Shown piece after piece: positions 9,011-18,257 of a DNA stretch of 64,000 nt (the first letter of the stretch is position 1; each line of letters starts with the position of its first letter). The stretch comes from Candidatus Collierbacteria bacterium RIFOXYD2_FULL_45_13 (GTDB lineage Bacteria > Patescibacteriota > Microgenomatia > UBA1400 > MFAQ01), in assembly GCA_001774685.1 (NCBI GenBank), contig MFAS01000001.1:543557-607556 (forward strand), read 5' to 3'. The position numbers were made by a program, and so were the translations under genes. Under the pieces are notes generated by a model. It saw only the letters and a program-made list of their open reading frames with translations, did not search any database and was not told the DNA's origin.

Positions 9011-10012
9011 ATGTCACCTCATTCGTTTTTATTCAAACTGTGGTTCTTCCCATTCAGCCTAATTAATATGTGGCGTGATTGGTCAAATCGAAATGTCAAT
9101 CGCAATTTTATTGGCTCAAAACTTAAAATCTCTGGAAAAAACATCTGGAAAAAGGGGCCAGATCTCCCAACATACCGATACGAATTTGGATCAGCCCTGG
9201 TTGGTGACAATTTTTACATTATTGGAGGTGTTACTGCGCCAACGGTCTATACAGTGACAAAGCGTGTAGACAGGTACGACATCAAGAGCAAAGAGTGGTC
9301 AAGGGTTTCGAACCATCCTTATATAATCCACCATCCAGGCGTGACAAGTGATCAAAACTTTGTTTACGTTATAGGTGGCAACGGTTTACGGATAAGTTCG
9401 TACTCTATTGCACATAAATATAATCCAGAAACAGATAGATGGCAAAGACTCGCGGACATGCCCACCAAGCGCTGCGCTCTAGGACTAGCTTATCTAGATG
9501 GGAAGATTTACGCTGTTGGTGGTGCAGACAACAAACGGCCACTTTCGGCTTTTGAAGAATACGATGTTGAAAAAAATCAATGGAAAAATCTACCTGACAT
9601 GCCTACTGCTCGGGAGCATCTTTTTTCCGTGACGATACAGAGGTTTGTTTATGTTCTTGGTGGCTATCAGAATGATCGCTTTCACAATGTAAATACGTTC
9701 GAAAGATATAGTATAGGCAGAAAAGTCTGGGAAAAACTAGCTCCACTTCCAGCTAAGATCAGCGGTTTCAGTGCTTGTATTTATGGCAAAAGTATCTTCG
9801 CCTTCGGTGGTGAACAGGGTTGGGCAACGTCAGATGAAATCTACGAATACAAATTAAAAGAAAAAAAGTGGTTTAGAAGAGGAAACATGCCAGCTGCCCG
9901 GTATGCCGGAGCTGTCATTTCGGCTGAAGACGGAATTCATATTGTCGGGGGGAATCCACTTATGATGTCCGGAAAATTCAGCAATGACCATGACATCTTA
10001 ATTCCCCAATGA
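9011..10012 (+). CDS. Kelch-repeat beta-propeller protein
   Basis: Six repeats with YxxGG..Y/W spacing (FYIIGG, VYVIGG, IYAVGG, VYVLGG, IFAFGG, IHIVGG). Confidence 0.9.
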   Translation: MSPHSFLFKLWFFPFSLINMWRDWSNRNVNRNFIGSKLKISGKNIWKKGPDLPTYRYEFGSALVGDNFYIIGGVTAPTVYTVTKRVDRYDIKSKEWSRVSNHPYIIHHPGVTSDQNFVYVIGGNGLRISSYSIAHKYNPETDRWQRLADMPTKRCALGLAYLDGKIYAVGGADNKRPLSAFEEYDVEKNQWKNLPDMPTAREHLFSVTIQRFVYVLGGYQNDRFHNVNTFERYSIGRKVWEKLAPLPAKISGFSACIYGKSIFAFGGEQGWATSDEIYEYKLKEKKWFRRGNMPAARYAGAVISAEDGIHIVGGNPLMMSGKFSNDHDILIPQ

Positions 10013-11148
10013 AGTTTCTGGTCTTTGCCAACACTTATACTTTAATCAGCGGTGGCGACGTTATTTTTGCCGAAATGAGCAAGTTTTGGGGTAGCCTTGG
10101 ACACGAAGTTACAATTGTTACCAACGAAAAAGGAAAAGCTTTTTGTGAGTCTAGAGGCCTAAAAAGAGTTAAGATCATGGTCTGGCCAGCTTCGGATTCT
10201 GATAAATTTGGTTTGATAATCTCTGAACTCTACAAGACACTCACTTCCGTTCTCCGCTCTATTTTTAAAAAACCAGAAAAAGTAGAAATTATCTTCGCCT
10301 CATCCTTTTTTTGGCCGGACATTTTTGCCGGCGTTATCTCCAAACTTAAACACCCCCATGCCAAACTCGTGGTCGGGATCTATCTCTTGTTCCCAAATCC
10401 TTTTGGTAACGTTCGTTATGATGGAGGGTTCACAAAAGCCGTACTACTTTCAATTTCTCAGTCGGTCAGTCTGTTTTTAGTCGATCGTTTTGCTGACATT
10501 GTCCTTACTGCATCCAGACATAAAAAAGAATTACTTCACAACAGTCGGCAACTCCACAAGCACACTGTTGTTTCTATCAGAGGAGGGATAGACTTGAAAA
10601 GCATCTCCAGAGTCAAAAGACAACCTAAAAAATATGACTGTGTTTACTTTGGCCGCTTCCATTCTCAAAAGGGGCTCTTCGACTTGCTGGATGTTTGGAG
10701 AGACGTCCTTGAAAGTAAACCAGAAAGCAAGTTGTTGCTTGCTGGCGGTGGGCCTTTGGAAAATGAAATTAGAGAGAAAGCTGATAGGCTCAAGATCCTA
10801 GATTCAATCACCTTCAGTGGCTTAGTTTCAGGATCAAAAAAATATCGCCTTTTGAAATCAGCCAAGATTTTCATTTCCGCATCAAGGTTTGACACTGGCA
10901 ATCTCGCTCTAGATGAAGTACTTGCATGTGGTACCCCTGGAGTAGTTTTTGATCTCCCACATCTTCACTATGAGGAGGGTGTTATCAAGGTACCAGTTGG
11001 GGACAATAAAAAGATGGCTGAACGTGTCGTAGAGCTATTAAACGATCCTTCAAGAAGGGAAAATCTCGGAAATAAGGGTCGGGGTTTCATCAGGCAGTTT
11101 GAGTGGGGCAAGGTGTCCGCCAAAGTCCTATCATTGTTTGGGTCGTGA
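10009..11148 (+). CDS. GT4 (GT-B) glycosyltransferase
   Basis: Motifs ISGG, YFGRFHSQKG and SASRFDTGNLALDEVLACGTP. Confidence 0.85.
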   Translation: MKFLVFANTYTLISGGDVIFAEMSKFWGSLGHEVTIVTNEKGKAFCESRGLKRVKIMVWPASDSDKFGLIISELYKTLTSVLRSIFKKPEKVEIIFASSFFWPDIFAGVISKLKHPHAKLVVGIYLLFPNPFGNVRYDGGFTKAVLLSISQSVSLFLVDRFADIVLTASRHKKELLHNSRQLHKHTVVSIRGGIDLKSISRVKRQPKKYDCVYFGRFHSQKGLFDLLDVWRDVLESKPESKLLLAGGGPLENEIREKADRLKILDSITFSGLVSGSKKYRLLKSAKIFISASRFDTGNLALDEVLACGTPGVVFDLPHLHYEEGVIKVPVGDNKKMAERVVELLNDPSRRENLGNKGRGFIRQFEWGKVSAKVLSLFGS

Positions 11149-11165
11149 CTGGTAGAATATTGTTT

Positions 11166-11939
11166 ATGCGCCCAGTAATAATCGTTTCCGGTGCCTCCTC
11201 ATCACTTGGAGTCATTCTATGTCAAGAATTGGTGGAAAATGGGTACAAAGTTTATGCTGGATACCATTTTAATCGGGCGAAAATTCTAAGAAATCAATAT
11301 ATAGTGCCAATCAAGCTCGACATCACCAGCTCTGATTCATGCAAAAAGGCCATCTCTAAGACAATATCCAAAGAAAAGTCATTTTTTGCTCTCATAAATC
11401 TGGTAGCTATCAGCCCATCTGGAGAAACTCTAGATTTCTCGGTCAGTGATTTTCAAAAAATTCTAGACGTCAATGTAGTTGGATCCTTCAGACTAATTCA
11501 CGAAGTTTTGCCAAAGTTGCCCAAGAACGGCAGAATTATAAATATCGGGTCTCTCAGTGGTCTGATCAGTTTTCCCAAATTCAGTCTCTACTCAGCCTCA
11601 AAATTTGCTTTAAGAGCCATGAGTTTGAGTTTATATTACGAATGGTTGCCGAAAAGAAGATACGTTATCCACATCGCCCCAGGAGCAATTACCAAGTTTC
11701 CTGTTTCACCTCCTCCACCGGGTTCAGCAAGAGATAGAATTCCAGCACTAAAATGGATACTCCCACTGGTCACACCTCAAAAAGTGAGTCAGAAAATTAT
11801 TGCCTGCTTAAAAGACCCCAATCCCCCAGCTGAAATCTTGATTGGGATTGATACTTTGATACTGACTGTCATAAAGCGGTTTTCGCCAGAAATTTTATGG
11901 AATAGTATCCAAAACTTTGTATGGAAAAAACAGCAATAA
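11166..11939 (+). CDS. Short-chain dehydrogenase/reductase
   Basis: Motifs IIVSGASSSLG, LDIT, IINIGS and catalytic YSASK. ATG 11166 chosen as start because a -10 box lies 7 nt upstream. Confidence 0.85.
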   Translation: MRPVIIVSGASSSLGVILCQELVENGYKVYAGYHFNRAKILRNQYIVPIKLDITSSDSCKKAISKTISKEKSFFALINLVAISPSGETLDFSVSDFQKILDVNVVGSFRLIHEVLPKLPKNGRIINIGSLSGLISFPKFSLYSASKFALRAMSLSLYYEWLPKRRYVIHIAPGAITKFPVSPPPPGSARDRIPALKWILPLVTPQKVSQKIIACLKDPNPPAEILIGIDTLILTVIKRFSPEILWNSIQNFVWKKQQ

Positions 11940-12967
11940 ACAAAAACCCCAGCGTGTCAGTTGTCATTGCCACTTATAACTCAGGTAAGACTCTGGGAAA
12001 GTGTCTGTCTCGAGTGAGATCACAGAACTATCCCCAATCTAAGATTGAAATTCTTCTGGGTGATGGTGGATCCACCGATAATACTTTTGAGATTGCTAAA
12101 AAATACAAGGCAAGAATAATTAAAATTCCTGCCAATAAGCAAAACGCAGAATATAACCGTGGAACCGCTTTTAATAAAGCCAAAAACGATCTCGTGTTGA
12201 TTCTTGATCATGACAACTTTATGACAACCAAAAATTACTTGAGAGAGTTAGTTCTGCCTCTGGTAGAAAATCCTGAAATTGTTGCCTCAGAAAGTTGTTA
12301 CTATCATTACAGTAAGAAGTATTCATTACTTGACAGATACTATGCTCTTTTTGGCACTATTGAGCCTGTCCCTTTTTATTTTGGGAAGGCTGACAAATTG
12401 ATGTGGACATCAAAAAAATGGAACCTGCATGGTAAGTCAACAGATTGTGGTAAATACTACCTGGTGGAATTTGAGGATAATCCAAAGATTTTCCCGACCA
12501 TAGGCACAAATGGGTGTCTGATGCGTAGAAAGTTAGTCGTCAGAAACGCTGATGTAAGACCTGACCATCACTTCCCAATCGATGTTATGGTTGATGTGGT
12601 TAAATCTGGTCATAATAAATTTGCTTTTGTTAAGAATTCTTTGATTCATCTCACTGGCACTAGGGGAGTGTTGACTTTCTTAAAGAGGCGGGTCATGTTC
12701 GTCGAGAAATATCATTTTGCTGACGGCCCTCAAAGAAGGTACAGCGTTTATATGCCTGGAGACCAGTGGAATTTAGTTAAATTTATTTTCTACAGCCTAA
12801 CCTTCATAAAACCCACTTACGACGCCTTGGTGGGATACATAAAAATTCCTGATCCTGCTTGGTTTGTTCATCCTCTTATGTGTTTTGGAATTACCTTCTC
12901 CTACGGGTGGGGAACAATAAAAAGTATATTTAAATACAAGCGATTATTTACCAATAATAATTTATGA
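11921..12967 (+). CDS. GT2 glycosyltransferase
   Basis: Motifs VSVVIATYN, DGGSTDNT and LILDHDN. Confidence 0.85.
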   Translation: MEKTAINKNPSVSVVIATYNSGKTLGKCLSRVRSQNYPQSKIEILLGDGGSTDNTFEIAKKYKARIIKIPANKQNAEYNRGTAFNKAKNDLVLILDHDNFMTTKNYLRELVLPLVENPEIVASESCYYHYSKKYSLLDRYYALFGTIEPVPFYFGKADKLMWTSKKWNLHGKSTDCGKYYLVEFEDNPKIFPTIGTNGCLMRRKLVVRNADVRPDHHFPIDVMVDVVKSGHNKFAFVKNSLIHLTGTRGVLTFLKRRVMFVEKYHFADGPQRRYSVYMPGDQWNLVKFIFYSLTFIKPTYDALVGYIKIPDPAWFVHPLMCFGITFSYGWGTIKSIFKYKRLFTNNNL

Positions 12968-13656
12968 ACATAGAAAGATATGCGCAAGTTGCCCCTCAGG
13001 CTTACACTGGTGAAATCCCCGGATTGTTGCGAAACCTGTTGTTGTCCAATCATTTTCCAACCATTCTTGACTGTGGTTGCGGCGACGGCTCTCTAGTGCA
13101 CGCGATTCTTAAAACAGGCCTGGTTAAGAGCTCAACCATCTTCGCCATCGACCTATCCAAAAGTAGGATCAATCTAATCAAAAAAATCTCTTCGAAAATT
13201 AAAGCTGCTGTTGATAGTGCTGAAACGCTCAAAACTATCAAGTCAAACTCAATAGATCTCTTGGTTACTACTCAGGTTATAGAACATGTAGACGACAAAA
13301 AAATGACAGCCGCCATGAAGAGAGTTGTCAAAAAAGGTGGAGTAGTTTACTTGTCCACTGTTTATAAAAAATGGTATGGGTGGTATTTTTACAAAAATGA
13401 TATTGGTTGGGTGATTGACCCGACGCATTTGAGAGAATACTCAAGTGATTTCCAGTTAATAAACATTTTAAATAAGGATTTTACGGTCATGGTCAACCAA
13501 AAGACGCTTCAATGGTTTCCTGTCGTCGACTTTTTCAGTAAAAGAGTCAAACTAGGTGGGAAGAGAAGAGATGGTGTTATTTGGAAAATCCTCAGATCTA
13601 TCAGAATTCCTGTCTTTGGTTATTACAACTGGGAGATTGTGTTGGTGAAGAAATAA
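12964..13656 (+). CDS. Class I SAM-dependent methyltransferase
   Basis: Motifs ILDCGCGDG, QVIEHV and RVVKKGG. Confidence 0.85.
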   Translation: MNIERYAQVAPQAYTGEIPGLLRNLLLSNHFPTILDCGCGDGSLVHAILKTGLVKSSTIFAIDLSKSRINLIKKISSKIKAAVDSAETLKTIKSNSIDLLVTTQVIEHVDDKKMTAAMKRVVKKGGVVYLSTVYKKWYGWYFYKNDIGWVIDPTHLREYSSDFQLINILNKDFTVMVNQKTLQWFPVVDFFSKRVKLGGKRRDGVIWKILRSIRIPVFGYYNWEIVLVKK

Positions 13657-13658
13657 GT

Positions 13659-14174
13659 TTATCTTCTCAAGTTAATGTAATATGGACGGGGATTTGAGAA
13701 AAGAACATCAATAATGTCTGGTATGCTTTCCTTGTTTTCCGGCCACATTGATATTATATTTGGAAAGAGCGACATCACCTTTCTATCTTCTTCGGACCAA
13801 TGCGAAAAACCATCATGTCCATAGTCTTTATCTCTTCCTCCACCTGCCATAATTACTGGCACATTTTCCCGATTAATATAGTTTCTAATTGTCTCGAACG
13901 GTCTATATAAGAGAAATGGTGTGATTGAATAAGTTACAGGCACCATTCCTTGATATGCCAAACCAATCGAGACACCCATCATCGCCTGTTCTGCCGCTCC
14001 AACATTTACGAACCTTTCGGGAAAATCTCTTTTTATTTTATCAAACATGCCAAATCCTAAGTCTCCAGTCACCAACCAGATTTTATTATTATCCGTCATT
14101 TTCCGATGCAGTTCATAAGCAAACCAGCCACGCATACTCTCGTGTCTATCTTTAGGTGTTAATCTTTCGACCAT
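13659..14174 (-). CDS. Transketolase-like pyrimidine-binding subunit (short; lacks the C-terminal domain)
   Basis: Motifs LVTGDLGFG, FPERFVNVGAAEQAMMGVSIGLA, RPFETIRN and GFSH. Confidence 0.85.
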   Translation of the reverse strand: MVERLTPKDRHESMRGWFAYELHRKMTDNNKIWLVTGDLGFGMFDKIKRDFPERFVNVGAAEQAMMGVSIGLAYQGMVPVTYSITPFLLYRPFETIRNYINRENVPVIMAGGGRDKDYGHDGFSHWSEEDRKVMSLFPNIISMWPENKESIPDIIDVLFSNPRPYYINLRR

Positions 14175-14869
14175 ATGTCAAGAGCTTGTTTATAATCTGC
14201 CTCTGTCATCTTGTGATAATGTGCCGACAGGCCATTTAAAAAAGGCAATTGATCAACTTTTGTCCTGGCGAATACGACTAGGGGAATTTCGGTATCTAGG
14301 GTTAAACCTTCAATAAGACTATCAATATTGTGTCCGTCAACATCTGCCACGTCACAGCCAAAGGCATGAAATTTCGGTATTAGTTTTTCCGAGTCAATCT
14401 CATCGTAGCCGGCGTAGCCATTTGCATTTACGGCAATTTTTAGGTTCTTGAGTTTATATCTCGATGCAATGGAAACGGCTTCCCAGATACTACCTTCCGC
14501 ACACTCACCGTCAGAGATACAACAGTAGATATTTTTCGATCGATCCGCCAGTGCAATTCCGACGGCTACGGGTAAACCCTGTCCCAAACTGCCAGTGGAC
14601 ATTTCAATATCAAGCTTGGGATTCCTTTCAGGGTGAATGCCAAGCTCAGCAATTTTCGGATCGGAAAGGTACCCCATATTTTCGAGGACGACATAGAGGG
14701 CACATGCTGCATGGCCGTTACTTAGAATGAACTTCTCACCCCTTTTTTTAATCCTATAGATCGCATCAATTATGTCTACGGAAGATAGTGCCGACCCTAG
14801 ATGGGTAGCATCTGCCTCACGCGTAAGCTCGATGATTCTTCTTCTATGGTTTATTTGTTCTTTTTGCAT
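14159..14869 (-). CDS. Transketolase-like TPP-binding N-terminal subunit
   Basis: Motifs HLGSALS, LSNGH, STGSLGQGL, TPP motif SDGE..EGSIWEA..N, and DGHN. Confidence 0.88.
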   Translation of the reverse strand: MQKEQINHRRRIIELTREADATHLGSALSSVDIIDAIYRIKKRGEKFILSNGHAACALYVVLENMGYLSDPKIAELGIHPERNPKLDIEMSTGSLGQGLPVAVGIALADRSKNIYCCISDGECAEGSIWEAVSIASRYKLKNLKIAVNANGYAGYDEIDSEKLIPKFHAFGCDVADVDGHNIDSLIEGLTLDTEIPLVVFARTKVDQLPFLNGLSAHYHKMTEADYKQALDIWSKD

Positions 14870-15710
14870 CTATTACGCTTTTTATTCCTTTTTGAAGATT
14901 GGTGTTGACTTTCCACCCAAGCGCCCTTAGTTTATCATTATTGGCTACCCAGCTGGTAACCGTGTCAAAACTCCTAATGTTACCCGTTTCTTCAATGTTA
15001 ATTGTTATACCACAAAGTTCCTGAACGAGAGAAACAATTTTCTCATTGGAATACTGTACTCCAGAACCAATATTTACGACCTCCCCAGACAACAGTTTTG
15101 CGTTTTCTGAGACACTTATCACGCCTTCAACAAAATCATCTATATATATCCAGTCATGAACCCCAGGAGCAAGCTTGAGCTTGTCTCCGGTTAAGCAACA
15201 CCTGATCACGGTTGGCAAAAAGCGATGTTCCGCCTCATTGGGTCCATATACCGAAAACGGTCTGACTGTTACGGCAGGTAGTCCAAACTCAGACGCGTAA
15301 GCTCTGACCAAGTAGGTAGCCCCAACCTTCGTGGCCCCATATAAAGTTTTAGTCTCTGGCAGCATATCCTCCCGCATTGGTTTGTTTTTTGTCCCATATT
15401 CACTTGAGGATCCCATGTTCACAAAAGAGTCTATCTTGGTGGTTTTGACTGCCTCAAGGAGGTTAAAAGTGCCAAGCAAATTCGCTCCAAATATACCACC
15501 AGGCTCTTTTTGGTTATAGTGATTTCCATAAGCCGCCAGGTGATAGACAGAGCTGGGTTTAAATTTGTTGATTGTATTCTTAAGGGCATCGGGAAGGCTA
15601 AGCAATGCCCTGTCGAGCTTTAGCACCTGAACACCTCTAGCCTCAAGCGTTTCCGCTAGCCTTGAACCTATGAATCCATTCGCTCCAGTGATTACAGCTT
15701 TTTCTTTCAT
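14844..15710 (-). CDS. NAD-dependent NDP-sugar epimerase/dehydratase/reductase
   Basis: Motifs ITGANGFIG, GSSSEYG, YGATK and RPFSVYGP. Confidence 0.88.
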   Translation of the reverse strand: MKEKAVITGANGFIGSRLAETLEARGVQVLKLDRALLSLPDALKNTINKFKPSSVYHLAAYGNHYNQKEPGGIFGANLLGTFNLLEAVKTTKIDSFVNMGSSSEYGTKNKPMREDMLPETKTLYGATKVGATYLVRAYASEFGLPAVTVRPFSVYGPNEAEHRFLPTVIRCCLTGDKLKLAPGVHDWIYIDDFVEGVISVSENAKLLSGEVVNIGSGVQYSNEKIVSLVQELCGITINIEETGNIRSFDTVTSWVANNDKLRALGWKVNTNLQKGIKSVIDAKRTNKP

Positions 15711-15779
15711 ACTAGATTGATACAGTATTATAGAATAGAATATTGTCGAAAGGTACTAATATTAGAAGGTATTTGATAT

Positions 15780-16682
15780 ATGAATAAAACCATAAATAGT
15801 GAATGCTCAATATGCGGAGATACCGATAATTTTAGTATTTTTTATAGGAAAAATTTTAACTATAGGCGACACTTAACCACAAAGGTGTTTTCAGCTAGAA
15901 GAATGCCAGATAAAATTCACGGAACAATTGTCCGGTGTAATATCTGCGGTTTGGTCAGGTCGCTGGAAGTCATTGACAGAAAGAAACTCAATAAACTGTA
16001 TGAAGACAGCCACTTTACCTATAATTCTATGACTGACAAGCTAAGTCAAACATACGGCCATATTCTCAAAGAGGCAGGAAAATTTGTTCCCTCCAAGGGT
16101 GCTTTTTTGGAAATTGGTTGCGGGAACGGCTTTATGCTTGAAGAGGCAAGAAAATTGGGCTATAAGGTCGTAAGGGGAATCGAGCCGAGCATTGACGCCA
16201 TCGCAAATGCAGAAAAATCGGTAAAGAACCATATAGTTAATAGCATATTAGAAGCAGACACCTTCAATAAATTAAAGTTCGATCTAATCTGTGCTTTTCA
16301 GGTCTTTGACCATATCCCGGACCCAAACAATTTTTTGGCAATATGCAATAAATTACTAAAGCCAAAAGGCATATTATTATTAATGAACCATGACGTTAAG
16401 TCCGCTTCGGCAAAAGTATTGGGTGAGCGAAGTCCGATATTTGATATCGAACACACCTACTTATATGATCAGGATACGATAAAAATGATTTTAATTAAAA
16501 ACGGATTCGGTATTAAGAAGGTATATTCTCCGAAAGCTTTGATGTCTCTCCGATACATAGCTCGACTACTCCCTTTTCCAAAGAAAATCAAGGAAATTAT
16601 TTCAGGTTTAAAATTCCCACTTTTTGACACGACGGTTCAGTTTCATCCCGGCAATCTTAGTGCGATAGCGTTTAAAAAATAA
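15780..16682 (+). CDS. SAM-dependent methyltransferase with N-terminal zinc-binding Cys pairs (sugar methyltransferase-like)
   Basis: Motifs CSIC..CNIC, LEIGCGNG, GIEPS, FQVFDHIPDP and EHTYLY. Confidence 0.8.
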   Translation: MNKTINSECSICGDTDNFSIFYRKNFNYRRHLTTKVFSARRMPDKIHGTIVRCNICGLVRSLEVIDRKKLNKLYEDSHFTYNSMTDKLSQTYGHILKEAGKFVPSKGAFLEIGCGNGFMLEEARKLGYKVVRGIEPSIDAIANAEKSVKNHIVNSILEADTFNKLKFDLICAFQVFDHIPDPNNFLAICNKLLKPKGILLLMNHDVKSASAKVLGERSPIFDIEHTYLYDQDTIKMILIKNGFGIKKVYSPKALMSLRYIARLLPFPKKIKEIISGLKFPLFDTTVQFHPGNLSAIAFKK

Positions 16683-16683
16683 T

Positions 16684-17625
16684 ATGAGAAAAACGGAGAC
16701 TCTCACTGCTATTATTGCCTGCTACAGAGACGGGCAGGCCATTCCAGTGATGTACGAGAGGCTAAAAAAGACTTTTAAGAAGATTGGTGTCGGCTACGAA
16801 ATAATATTCGTAAACGATGGCAGCCCTGACGATAGCAAACTGGTTTTAGATAAAATTACCAAGAAAGACGGGAACGTTGTCGCCATCACCCACAGTAGAA
16901 ACTTCGGTTCACAAATGGCCTTTTCAAGCGGTATGAACATTGCCACAGGAGACGCTGTAATACTCCTTGATGGAGACCTACAAGACCCTCCGGAGATAAT
17001 CTCTGATTTTTACAAAAAATGGAAAGAGGGCTTTGACGTTGTGTATGGAATTCGTGTTAAGAGAGAGGCATCAAATTTCATGCAAGTGGCATATAAGATG
17101 TTTTACCGTCTTTTCCAAAAACTTTCATATATTCATGTACCCCTCGATGCCGGAGATTTTTCGTTGATGGATAAGAAAGTCGTAAGAGCAATCAACACAT
17201 TGCCGGAAAAGGATAGGTTCCTTAGAGGACTGCGCGCTTGGGTGGGTTTCAAACAAACCGGCATTCCCTATATCAGGCCGGAGAGACTCTTTGGTAAAAC
17301 CACCAACAGCTTGCATAAAAACTTCGGATGGGCACGTAAGGGAATATTTTCCTTTTCTTATGTCCCGCTTGAATTGATTACTTATATTTCTTTGGCTGTT
17401 GCTCTGCTTTCGATGGTTGGAATTGTCATTGAAATTATACTTAAAATATTCTTTCCTGATACACCTAGAGGCGTGCCAATTACTCTGGTCACGATTCTGT
17501 TTCTGGGCAGCATGCAATTACTATTTATAAGTGTAATTGGCGAATATGTTGGAAAAATTTTCGAGGAGGTTAAGAATCGTCCTATGTACATTGTCAAAGA
17601 TATTGTCAACAAACCAAAAAAATAG
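16684..17625 (+). CDS. GtrB/ArnC-like undecaprenyl-phosphate glycosyltransferase (GT2 with 2 C-terminal TM)
   Basis: Motifs VNDGSPD, SRNFG, DGDLQDPP, GDFSLMD, RFLRGL..WVGF and IGEYVGKIFEEVKNRPMY. Confidence 0.9.
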   Translation: MRKTETLTAIIACYRDGQAIPVMYERLKKTFKKIGVGYEIIFVNDGSPDDSKLVLDKITKKDGNVVAITHSRNFGSQMAFSSGMNIATGDAVILLDGDLQDPPEIISDFYKKWKEGFDVVYGIRVKREASNFMQVAYKMFYRLFQKLSYIHVPLDAGDFSLMDKKVVRAINTLPEKDRFLRGLRAWVGFKQTGIPYIRPERLFGKTTNSLHKNFGWARKGIFSFSYVPLELITYISLAVALLSMVGIVIEIILKIFFPDTPRGVPITLVTILFLGSMQLLFISVIGEYVGKIFEEVKNRPMYIVKDIVNKPKK

Positions 17626-17627
17626 TC

Positions 17628-18254
17628 ATGATAAGAAAAATTCTCCACAATTTAGCCGAAAACCCGATCCTATTTGAAATTTTTGAGAAAATCTTTGGGG
17701 CAGATGATGAAAAGATGAAGATATATAGGCAGGCGTTCCACAACGGGAACCGTTTACTTGATTTTGGATGCTCTACCGGAAACACCACAAAGGCTTTCTT
17801 GGATTTTGATTATTATGGCATAGACTTGGACGAAGGTTGTATAAAATATGCTCAAAACAGGTGGAAAAAACATTCCAACGTTAAATTTTTCGCCAAAGAC
17901 ATTTTTAAAAAGCCTTTCAAAAAAGAGTACTTTGATTATGTTCTGTTTGCCGGGACAGGCCACCACATCCCCGATGAGTTATTTGTTCCAATAGTAAAAG
18001 AGTTAGCGTATGTTTTGAAAAAGGGAGGTGAAATTTGGTTCTATGATATTCTAAAACCCAGTAAGTCCAGCCCTTTACTTGCTAAGGTGCTTGCATCTCT
18101 CGATAGGGGTCGATTTATCAGAACTGCCAAGCAATATGACCGTATCTTTTCCGGACTTAAGTTTATTAAAATAGCTGAGAGCAAAGTAATAAAAGTAACC
18201 AATACGTTGATCCCACAAGAAGATTACTGTTTCTACCGTCTAAAGAAAGTTTAG
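17628..18254 (+). CDS. Class I SAM-dependent methyltransferase
   Basis: Motifs LLDFGCSTG, GIDLD, HHIPD and VLKKGG. Confidence 0.85.
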   Translation: MIRKILHNLAENPILFEIFEKIFGADDEKMKIYRQAFHNGNRLLDFGCSTGNTTKAFLDFDYYGIDLDEGCIKYAQNRWKKHSNVKFFAKDIFKKPFKKEYFDYVLFAGTGHHIPDELFVPIVKELAYVLKKGGEIWFYDILKPSKSSPLLAKVLASLDRGRFIRTAKQYDRIFSGLKFIKIAESKVIKVTNTLIPQEDYCFYRLKKV

Positions 18255-18257
18255 CCG

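Noticed and set aside
14159-14869. Housekeeping pentose-phosphate transketolase (tkt)
   Set aside because: The short split subunits, missing C-terminal domain and coupling to an NDP-sugar epimerase argue for glycan biosynthesis, so no gene symbol was assigned.
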